A DNA stretch of 63,659 nt, filler included, from Lenisia limosa (lineage: Eukaryota; Protista; Breviatea): assembly GCA_001655205.1 (NCBI GenBank). It is 15 parts of 15 records of this genome, joined end to end, with 100 filler letters (N's around TTAATTAATTAA, not from the genome) between each part and the next. Parts side by side here need not be neighbours in the genome. Positions count along the whole stretch, not along the records: positions 39,841 to 41,787 come from LPNZ01002070.1; positions 41,888 to 43,861 come from LPNZ01002547.1; positions 43,962 to 45,206 come from LPNZ01006415.1; positions 45,307 to 50,231 come from LPNZ01007910.1; positions 50,332 to 53,206 come from LPNZ01010888.1; 10 more parts are not named here. One strand, written 5' to 3'. Below are positions 40,130-50,445 of the stretch, one piece after another (position 1 is the stretch's first letter; each line of letters starts with the position of its first letter). The position numbers were made by a program, and so were the translations under genes. The notes below the pieces were generated by a model. That model was not told where the DNA came from, made no database searches, and worked only from the letters and a program-made list of their open reading frames with translations.

Positions 40130-40946
40130 GGTTATATCTTATGAAAACGCCCCCATACAAGCAAGATTGATCCGCCCGTCTTTGGTGATGACGTTGCCTT
40201 TCACAGCAAGGTTGCATCCCACATCAAATCGGTCTACGGGATTAACGGGAGATGATACAAAATATATGAAACAAAAAGCCGGTAAACACACAAGGGTTGA
40301 TAACAACAANNNNNNNNNNNNNNNNNNNNNNNNNNNNNNNNNNNNNNNNNNNNNNNNNNNNNNNNNNNNNNNNNNNNNNNNNNNNNNNNNNNNNNNNNNN
40401 NNNNNNNNNNNNNNNNNNNNNNNNNNNNTAGAGACTTTACTGCAAAAAAAAAAAAAAAAGTAGTATTCCGCACAATTAGTTTGTTGAAGAAATTGACTGA
40501 CAAAATTTGTAATTAAAGTAACTACTTTTTGGGTCATTTTCACACGTGTGAACTATATTTACCACGCAGTGATATGATACCTCATATCCACTCGTGAGAT
40601 AATTGACCAACAAGTCTCAATGATACCTTGATACACTCGGGATGAACCCTCGTGCTAAAGTCGGTAATAACATCATATCACTAGTGGATATGGGTATCTA
40701 TGATGGAGTGAAAAAGAAAGCGAATCCGTGTAAGATGATAAAAAAGGGGATATGCTTTACGTGCGTAAATAAAGAAGATTGGAAGGACACGGTTAGCATG
40801 CCGGTGTCTCTGGACATCAAATGCCCCCTTCCTTCCCACTCACCAGCAACAACGGAGTCGTCGTCATTGAGAATAATGTCACCAAATGTGCTTTGCAGTA
40901 TCAGCAGCACACAGAATAGTGTCGAAAGTGCATGAGGGAGGCCCAT
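40130..40946 (-). CDS. Hypothetical secreted protein (partial)
   Basis: Signal-peptide-like MGLPHALSTLFCVLLILQSTFG-DIILNDDDSVVA|gtgag; later exon DRFDVGCNLAVKGNVITKDGRINLA. Confidence 0.4.
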
Positions 40947-41898
40947 AGTGGGCAAAAGAGGTGGTATCCGAGACACAAGAGCGAGTTTAGTTGGAATGCT
41001 GCGATATAAATGAACAACTTCGAGCAGTGAATACAGAAAGGGTTAACTTTTGGATTTTCAGAAACAAAGGGACCAAAAATGGGTGACCCCAGGTGACCTT
41101 TTCCGCTTAGCCTTTTTAATCGAGTTTTTTTCTACTTTTGCAGCCTATTTCTGATTTGTTTCAGCTGAGTATAATAATCCATATCATCGGAATACAGCTT
41201 GAATCTTATCAACCATATTGATCATGCTAGGCGTCTTATAGTACTCTTCTAATTACTGCCTCCTCGGATTAACCAGCAAATGGTAACCCGAAGGCTACTA
41301 CGGCCGGCAATATGGCTATTGCTGGTCTTGGCCGTTCAAACACACGCCGCACTTGTCTGTATGCAAGTTGCTTCACTCGATAGAGACCCGTACTCCGGAT
41401 CATTCCGATATGATTCAACCACATCGTAGGCGGCTGTTCTTGTTGTTGTACATTGACGCATTGTTATTCCCAGGTTCAACGAGGGGGGTCATCCCCTTTT
41501 TGTTGTGAATGTGTTTAATGGGGTGACCCCCATTTAAGCCACCTGCGGGCATCCGAATGTTGCTTGGGTGGCATGCTATCATTTGGAGCTTAAAAAATAT
41601 TTAACAACGGTGATACTAGCATTGTAAGAACACCATGATAAACAAGCTGTTTCCTCTCAAAATTATTTTTCATTCAGTTCGTTGAACTGTTAAGGGGACG
41701 GTTCAATTTTCATTGTGTTCCTCGTATTTCATATTTTTCTTATCATGTAGCTGTTTTTACACAGAAGGGAGAGTGGGGGTTTTTTTTNNNNNNNNNNNNN
41801 NNNNNNNNNNNNNNNNNNNNNNNNNNNNNNNTTAATTAATTAANNNNNNNNNNNNNNNNNNNNNNNNNNNNNNNNNNNNNNNNNNNNTAACTCTTCAG

Positions 41899-42080
41899 CT
41901 CTCCCCTCATTCTGGGAAGAGAAAGTTGCTCCTGATGGCCGTCACTACTACGTTGACCATAGAAACCAAGTGAGCGTCTTCTGTTGTTTCTGTTTTCCGA
42001 TTCCCCCAATCATATCATTTGTCTTACAACTCCTTTTCTTCTAATGTCTCTAGCGCACTCAATGGAACCGTCCCACCTAA
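41899..42080 (+). CDS. C-terminal WW domain of a 5'-truncated gene
   Basis: LPSFWEEKVAPDGRHYYVDHRNQ|RTQWNRPT-TAA, one intron. Confidence 0.88.
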
Positions 42081-42644
42081 TTCCCCCTGTTTTTATATAT
42101 TCATTCATTTCTGCCTCTGCTAATAAAACGGTTTTATCAGACCGAAGCCGTCCTCTCAAATACTTTATGAAATCGTCCAACCATTTGACCACCGTCACTA
42201 TGGTCAAATTCTACTGTTGTAGCGTAAGTGTTATCATTGTTTCAGCCACATTGTATCTTATAATCTAACTATTTTTTTTTCAATTATCCGAGGGTAATTT
42301 AGTTGTTTTTTTTTTGGAATAGGAAGTGAGAGAACGCCATTTCAGAAACCATTTTGGGAATCCCCAAAAACATTGACACCTACCGAGTCCTAATGAAGTT
42401 TAGAGAGGCCATATTCTTCAGACGGTAATCCATTTTTGAGAATCCCAAAAAAAATTTAAATCCTACAATTTCATGGTATTTCTATGTGAATTATGGGAAT
42501 CCCAACGTTCACAAGAATCTCAAGTGAAATTTCCTTCTTTTCACCCCCCTCAACCGAATACTGCTAGATTGTAAAATACATCAGAGTTAAATAGATTAGA
42601 TTTTGGTCGTGTCTAAACAGTGAGAGAAATATAAACTGTCTTCC

Positions 42645-43345
42645 TATCCCAAGCCACCGTAACTACACAAGATATTTTCATCCCCTTTCTAACTTAATTG
42701 TAGAGAACTCAATATATAAATCAATAAATAATAATAAAAATAAACCAACCTGGGGGTCCCGCAGTCATCATATCATTGTTGACCGTAGTCATCATGTCGT
42801 TCGGAGGGTACTGAGGGTTTGTACCTGAGAGAAGCGGTGAAAATGGACAATTAATTGGAGCTGGGGGGGGGGGGGGGNNNNNNNNNNNNNNNNNNNNNNN
42901 NNNNNNNNNNNNNNNNNNNNNNNNNNNNNNNNNNNNNNNNNNNNNNNNNNNNNNNNNNNNNNNNNNNNNNNNNNNNNNNNNNNNNNNNNNNNNNNNNNNN
43001 NNNNNNNNNNNNNNNNNNNNNNNNNNNNNNNNNNNNNNNNNNNNNNNNNNNNNNNNNNNNNNNNNNNNNNNNNNNNNNNNNNNNNNNNNNNNNNNNNNNN
43101 NNNNNNNNNNNNNNNNNNNNNNNNNNNNNNNNNNNNNNNNNNNNNNNNNNNNNNNNNNNNNNNNNNNNNNNNNNNNNNNNNTATAAGAGTATATTATATG
43201 ATATGCGATATGTCTTTGTATAATATACTATCTTAGGATATACCCCCCCGAACTTGGATACATTTGACCGGGCGCCTGTGACTGATAATTTGGCGGAATG
43301 TAGCCCGTAGGATAGGCGGTCATGTATGGGGTGTAAGGGGAGGCT
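42645..43345 (-). CDS. Pro/Tyr/Met-rich 3' end of a hypothetical gene
   Basis: SPYTPYMTAYPTGYIPPNYQSQAPGQMYPSSG and GTNPQYPPNDMMTTVNNDMMTAGPP exons. Confidence 0.4.
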
Positions 43346-44099
43346 AAAGGATTAAGAACAGTTAAGGTTAAAGGGGATAGCGGTTCTAATATACTATCAT
43401 ATATGTGGGTCCTCAAAGCTCCGGACATCATTCAAAATTCCCGGACACATCAANNNNNNNNNNTGACAGATACATAGAGAAATGGACCTCCTAATGTTCC
43501 CTAACTTTTTTTTTCAATTTTGTGCAAATGTCAAAAATCCGTGAATTTGGTCTCCCGGGGGTCCCCCTTTTGCCTTTTCACAGGATTTTTTCTGAATCTT
43601 ACCCTCTTTTAGTGTTAAGAAACAAAAATTTGTACCCCTCGGAGTAATTGGTTCCGGGTTCCCATTTGCTTTGGCTATGTAATGGTGAATTTTGAGGGGA
43701 AAATGCTAAAAATGGCACTGTCTACAAGGGTCAACTTTCCCGGACATTTTCCTTGAATGTGGCCTTTTATAACGGTTTTTGCTTGTTTTTGACCGTTTTT
43801 GGGACCGTAAATAGAGAGCTTAGGGACTTAATTTGGTTTTGACCCGATAATATGTTAAATTNNNNNNNNNNNNNNNNNNNNNNNNNNNNNNNNNNNNNNN
43901 NNNNNTTAATTAATTAANNNNNNNNNNNNNNNNNNNNNNNNNNNNNNNNNNNNNNNNNNNNCAAAACCGACAGTCTAATAATGATTAGTATATGATATAC
44001 TATGTACTATATGATATTATATGATACTATCATATATTTTTGGATTTAGGGTCAAAAACGCAAAAAAAAAAATCCCCATTAAATTTCCCCAAATAGAGG

Positions 44100-45100
44100 A
44101 ACATTATTATAACGCTTGATGGAACCCGAGCGATACCTTGGAAAGTAACCTCCTTGATTCGAGGGTATAGCAAATAGAGGGGCACGAGCGTTGCGAGGGC
44201 TGAAACAACAAATGCCATGAGTCCAAACCCTTCGGACAAAACAAATTCCTAAAAAAGAACTGAGAAAAAAAAAACAACTCTGTTGTCTAAATAGTTGGAG
44301 AAAGATAAATAGTTCCCCAGGTACTTCAGGAAGCCATTTGTAGGAGAAGCTAAGCGGCCAATCCATGACATCTGGACTCGGACCCCTATTTTGGAATATG
44401 GCAACAAAGTAGGCCAGCGGGTGGGCAAGAAGGAAAGGAAGCGCAATGATAACCTGAAGGGTTAGTAACAATATTTTGGGGGGAACTGATGTAGAAATAA
44501 GAAACCACACTATCAAGTTTAGAATGATAATGATGAAAAGACGATTTCATGTCACCCAAACATATGCAATTTTTAAACTGAATACCTTACCAACATGTGG
44601 TCTAATACATGTAGTATAGATATGTAGTATGAATAATAAAAAGGGTTAAGCCAGATTTGACTATTAAGGGATTAGAAACCGTATAAAGTTAGCAAACATG
44701 GATACAAAACGACAGAAGAAGGGCAAGCAGTAGTCTTTTGAAAGTTGTCATGGACTTCATCACAATCACAAATGCGATGAGGTGCAGGGGGTCGGGCTGA
44801 GAGGATTATTGAAAAACGTTTTGTTTTTTTCAAAAACAAGTGAATAACGGCAATTATCTTAAAAAAAATGGAATGATTATGCCCTTACGGGGGAGCAGAT
44901 TTTGGAAGCAAAAGTACAATTATAATTAATTTGTTACATTATGAACAAACCCTGAGCATACCAAAACTAAACTGGATGCAACACCCAAGACCACAGCCAT
45001 GACCCAAACAGAGGAAGAATTCGAAGCCGCCAGCATGGACACAGTCAAAAGATATGGCCAGATAGTTGATAACTAAAACAATAAAATGGGCTGTCCGATA
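44100..45100 (-). CDS. Multipass membrane protein, tentatively ALG3-like GT-C mannosyltransferase (partial)
   Basis: QVIIALPFLLAHPLAYF...WPLSFSYKWLPE|EFVLSEGFGL resembles the ALG3 segment QVxxxLPFLLxxPxxY...WxxxWxFLPEExFLS; upstream ALG3 motifs not identified. Confidence 0.5.
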
Positions 45101-45499
45101 ATATTGCGCTGAAGGGAGCATAAATTACGATAGGTGATAGATAACAAACCATGAAATGGGAGGTGTTGTCCATAATATAGTATATCATATAGTAGTATAT
45201 ATCATANNNNNNNNNNNNNNNNNNNNNNNNNNNNNNNNNNNNNNNNNNNNTTAATTAATTAANNNNNNNNNNNNNNNNNNNNNNNNNNNNNNNNNNNNNN
45301 NNNNNNCTCCCTCCTATTATTTTTGATAGATCATAAATATCCCTTTTCCCACCACCCCAGAGCACCCGTGCGAACGAGCTTGCAAACCACCTGCTTTCTG
45401 AGCCTCCCCAACTCCCACCCTGGAAGGTGTCGTTCCAGTGGGTAGGGGCCTATTGATTTGGAACTGTAATCTAATATTACATGCTATGACATTTAACGA

Positions 45500-48155
45500 G
45501 CAATTGTGAATTTCTATTTGCTGCAATGATGTGCACGTTATCATATCAGATGGCTTGATAAGTCTTGGCCGATTTGCTGTGCAATTTCCCAAGGAAAATA
45601 GGTCAAGACTTACTCCGGGCACTGTATATCATAATTTGCTTTTCGGTTGGGGTTGGGGGGGGGGGGNNNNNNNNNNNNNNNNNNNNNNNNNNNNNNNNNN
45701 NNNNNNNNNNNNNNNNNNNNNNNNNNNNNNNNNNNNNNNNNNNNNNNNNNNNNNNNNNNNNNNNNNNNNNNNNNNNNNTTTATCCCCGGATGCGCCTTCA
45801 ATGACAATCCTATTTGGACGACTTCAGTCTACGAGTACATTTTCCAGGGTGAGCGGGAAGGTTGTCCGACTTTTTCTGGTGCTAAAACAGATAATAGAGT
45901 TTACCTATTTGTTCTTTTTTTGCACCAAATGGAAGGTTTAAAGACTTGCTGACCCATTAGAACATTCATCTTTCCTGGCCGCCCCCGGACATATAATTTC
46001 GTCAGCTGCCACTGAAATGACCGTCCAGAGTCTTAAGGTACTGTTTTGAGTGTTTCTTTGAATTCAACTCAGCCTTACACTGTATTATGATTGGTATGAA
46101 GTTAGGTGATAATTTCGGAGAATACACCAAATTATTGTGGTCTCTTGTTTCAGATGAAAGTCCGAGATGGCTCACTTCCTAGGATGACGTTTCAAAAGTA
46201 CTCGAAATCTTCTCTACAATCTCAGAAGACCCCCAGGGACGAACAGCCTTTGAAATCTGCAAGGTGGGGGGGGGGGGGNNNNNNNNNNNNNNNNNNNNNN
46301 NNNNNNNNNNNNNNNNNNNNNNNNNNNNNNNNNNNNNNNNNNNNNNNNNNNGTTTTCGAGGAGTTATCGAGAAATTTAGTCTTTTTTTTGAACCGAAGTG
46401 AAGCCCTTGGGGTAGGCTCTTATGCATAAAGGGGTATGAAGCCCTAGGGGTAGGCTCTTATGCATAAACGGGAGGTATGATGACTATGCAACGTGGGCAA
46501 TGAGCAACTTATCATTTGTTCACGATATTAGGAGTCTTCATCCACGCCTGCTGAGGTGAACTATGCTCTTGATAGTCTGATCACAGCCGGTACGATTCTT
46601 CGCATCCTCACCGCTGTCTCCTGCCGCTTTGTTGCCATGCACCATGCGCGACCGTACCTCATGCTGCCTATCAAGTTCGTGGAGAGACAGAAGGATGAAA
46701 TGCCTCTTGGTCTCTTGCCAGAGCCGTCAGAGCCACTATCCGAGCCTATAACGTCGGGTTCTGCATTGGAACCTCTTTCGGAACCCCAGGCTGAAGTGCC
46801 GGCACCCACAACCGAAGAGGCTGAACCCTCGGTTCCCGCTGTAAGCTTCAGGGTTGTTTTGTCATGTTGTTTAACATGCTTTTTATTTTAAAATCATTTG
46901 TTTTTGGCCTGCTATATTTTCCAAATGTTTAACAGTTCCAGGAGGGAGTTCTTGAGGACGGCAATGAGGTAGGCAAAGCTGGTGTTTATGGTCATATTTT
47001 TGATAATACAATTCATGACAAGAGCAAAGATACATGAATGATAATACTTGTGAAAGGACACGGTTTATTTTGTGTTTTTATTGCGCAACAATCGAGGTTT
47101 TCACTGTTTAGTCCCAGGATGATGAAGCATCAAGCTCAACGGGTGAGAGGGATGAAGTGCCTCCCTCTGGTCCCTGTTGTTTTTTAGACATAACTTCTTA
47201 TTTCCTCTAAACCTCTCCTCACCTCGTAGTCCGCCGAATCCCCCCTCTACGCAAGGCGATTATTCAGTCTGATGCCAGAGGCTATTCGGCTAGATCTTGG
47301 TGAGCTGAAATAGGAACTCTCAATTTGTTACCTTTTTGCGCTGGATCATTAATAGACTGCATGATACGGATAACTCTCTATTGTGAGTTATGTGTGAAAA
47401 AGGCTGGAAATATTGATAATTGTGTCCAAAATAGTATTTTAATTAAGATGGTAGTAATTGACTTATTTAGGATTACTCTTGACGGTTTCGTGATTCGAAG
47501 TCTTCTGGAGAACTACAAGACCAGAATTGCCGGGCTTATTATGACATATCCGGGTATTGGACACGTATGGGGAGGGGGGGTGAACTGTGTGGCTTTATTC
47601 CTTCTAGTAATCCTTTTTTTTCTCAGTTATACAAAAACCAAAAAAAGATATGAATTATTTGAAACATCAAAGGGAAGGCCAGGCTAATATATGTTGTCTA
47701 TTGTTTTTTGATTTGACCTGTTTTTTTTTTTTTATCTAGTTTTTTATCCAGAAAAGGTGTGGCTTTTTGACGATTTAGTCTCAAATTATATCCACCTTTG
47801 AGGACCTTCTCCACCAAGAAGCCATGGGTATGCGTTCCAACTTGTGACCTTTATAATTGGGAGAGGGCGGCCTGTTGCTTTTATTTGCCAAATCCCTGAG
47901 TTATTCCAGTTCCCTTTATCAGTAAATGACATTCATAGCCCAACCTTACGATCATTAGATCTTCTTGAAGACGCTGTCGTCAATGGTCCCTTCAAACGCA
48001 TCGCCACGCACACGCGCGCCCCGGGACGTATTATGCCGAGCCGCCCCCTCGGAACCGCAAGAGTACCTAAAACCGAGCCGGAGTGTCTGCCTTTCACTCT
48101 GCCTAAGGTTGGTGCTGATGCCGATCCACCTTTCCAAAATGAATGGATACAATAA
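45500..48155 (+). CDS. Probable TFIIIC B-box-binding subunit (GTF3C1/Tfc3-like) C-terminal region; 5' partial
   Basis: Splice model ...GYSARSW|ITLDGFVIRSLLENYKTRIAGLIMTYPGIGH fits the GTF3C1 C-terminal W..DG.V...l...vlg.vm..PGI pattern; Pro/Glu-rich linker; ends NEWIQ-TAA. Confidence 0.5.
46352..46470. mobile_element. Right half of MITE family A whose end is tandemly duplicated with its flank (38-bp period)
   Basis: GAACCGAAGTGAAGCCCTT followed by two copies of GAAGCCCTWGGGGTAGGCTCTTATGCATAAA. Confidence 0.75.
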
Positions 48156-48404
48156 TTCTACCCTCTGAAAGCAGGGTAGTTTTCAGAAATTGGCTCGGAT
48201 GCTGTTAGAAATTGTTCTAAGGCACCTTCTTTGAAACGAATTACTTTTTTGTTAATATCTACCCATTACTTCAGTTTGAAAGACTCTATGCACCAATCTT
48301 AGAGAAAAATTGAACGAAAGTCCGAGCCACGATCTGAATTACCACCTGCTTGAAAGGGGAAATAAATCATAACATTGGGGGGGAAAAAAGAAGAAGAAGA
48401 AGAA

Positions 48405-48460
48405 GTTGTGTCCGGCTAAAGCCGTTCACACCATCACGCTTATATAACTCAGGAGATATA
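48405..48460. repeat. Dispersed repeat family B partial copy
   Basis: GTTGTGTCCGGCTAAAGCCGTTCACACCATCACGCTTAT. Confidence 0.65.
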
Positions 48461-48592
48461 ATTCGGAAAGGGGTGCAATAATGAGGTTAGTATCCTGAGA
48501 ATAATGGTTACAAATGTGTGATGAACTGATAATCGCTTTTTGCAAATTTACTTCTGTCATGTGTATGTAACCACCCAGACCACTCAACCTGC

Positions 48593-49110
48593 TATGTATA
48601 ACGAATATCTCGACATCTCCGGCAGCCCCCAAACTTCAAAGCCTACCACCCTGTTCCCTCTCAACCCTGGTATGATCACATCACAGGATTATTATATATT
48701 CAATTCGAAACTACTTTTTTTTTTTTTTGTTCAAAATTTTTGAATCCCCTAACATGTCTCATACANNNNNNNNNNNNNNNNNNNNNNNNNNNNNNNNNNN
48801 NNNNNNNNNNNNNNNNNNNNNNNNNNNNNNNNNNNNNNNNNTCACAATTATTTGATCGAATATCGCACTTGGGGGGTGCGGGTGAATATTATTTCAAATG
48901 TGACGGTGATAATAAATGACACCAAATACTTCAGTCCGGGAAGCCTTCTCACACAGCAGCCGCCTCAGCTAATGTGACACTCTCGTCCCTCCCCCAAGGC
49001 CTCGAATGTGGCCAGTTACCGATGTTACTCCCTGTTGACCATAAGGAAGTGGCCATGGCGGACCCTTCACTCCAACAATGGCCTCCTATCCCGCGGGCGA
49101 ACGGCTACCC
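48593..49110 (+). CDS. Hypothetical protein 5' portion
   Basis: MYNEYLDISGSPQTSKPTTLFPLNP|gtatg and open block SGKPSHTAAASANVTLSSLPQGLECGQLPMLL. Confidence 0.3.
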
Positions 49111-50196
49111 TGTGGAGTTCTCTTATTTCTGCTAGAGTTTTGTTAATACTGTTCTTCCTGTGCCTTTCTTTATGATGTTGAGTTAGTTTGTTCTGGTGTC
49201 CGCTTCTTACACTTGAAATACGAAATACTGAATTTTTTTGAAATAAATGTGATAAGAACATCTTTGATATTGCCTGCAAGCCAAGAAGGCAGGAATGTGC
49301 ACACTGATTACAGGGATGGTAATGGGATGGGGTGGTTGGTAGTATATTTCATACTCTAGCTCTAGGGGTATATACATATAATTTATTCTCCCAATATTCT
49401 CCTAGGTTCAGCTTTTTAGAAGCTATTCTGCACTCATAACCCACTCATCCATTGCTCATCCAAATGTATGTGCGTGAAACAAGCGTATTTGGACTGGGGG
49501 GGGGGGGGGNNNNNNNNNNNNNNNNNNNNNNNNNNNNNNNNNNNNNNNNNNNNNNNNNNNNNNNNNNNNNNNNNNNNNNNNNNNNNNNNNNNNNNNNNNN
49601 NNNNNNNNNNNNNNNNNNNNNNNNGGTTCTCGGTTTAATTTGAACACAAGGGGGGTGAATAATAGGCTATAAAAGCAGTTTCGATCAGTGGATCAGTGGG
49701 TAAATCGCGTGAGTAGTGGTGCCAACTCCTTAGGGACAAGTGGCCCACCAATTAAGATTTAATCTTTGATCATGCTGTAGTGTGAGTGTGCTTCAAATAG
49801 CAATAGTTTCAATAAGTCAAGAAGTGAGGAGCTGTAATCTTGTAAATCCCTGACAATGTGATACATAAATCACAGCAACAGTATCATATAAGGCATACAC
49901 CTATCTTTTTCTACTATACTAACCGATAAACACGTATGAGAGAACTAGAGAACTGCCTTATTTTTAATATTAATGAGGCAAGTAAAGTGTAAACGCGAAC
50001 GCGTAACCAAGTCTGCAAGTCTTCACCTGATGAAAGATGATTCCCTAAAATCAAAAGCATGAATATTTACTAGGCATATCATATATCATATAATATTTGC
50101 ATTGTACTATTATACTATTGCACAAATGCATAATAGTTATTTGATTAGAGAGATATACTGATATACTATCACTATTCATTATATTGTTAAAAAAAT

Positions 50197-50231
50197 AGCT
50201 TACCGGGAGAATCGAACCCCCCACCACGAAA
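50197..50231 (-). tRNA. 3' half of a tRNA gene truncated by contig end (isotype unknown)
   Basis: Minus strand GGGGG-TTCGATT-CTCCC T-arm (B box), then GGTAAGC acceptor strand and a T-run Pol III terminator. Confidence 0.55.
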
Positions 50232-50445
50232 NNNNNNNNNNNNNNNNNNNNNNNNNNNNNNNNNNNNNNNNNNNNTTAATTAATTAANNNNNNNNNNNNN
50301 NNNNNNNNNNNNNNNNNNNNNNNNNNNNNNNAGACAGGCTCTATGTGTGACAAAAACCCTACTCTGAGGTGGTGTTATGGCAATAGATACAACATTTTAT
50401 ATTTTATATCATTGATATGATATGATATGTATATTTTTTGTCTAC

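Noticed and set aside
43415-43861. Repeated CCGGACA motifs resembling hAT subterminal repeats
   Set aside because: No terminal inverted repeat, TSD or second copy identifiable in the window
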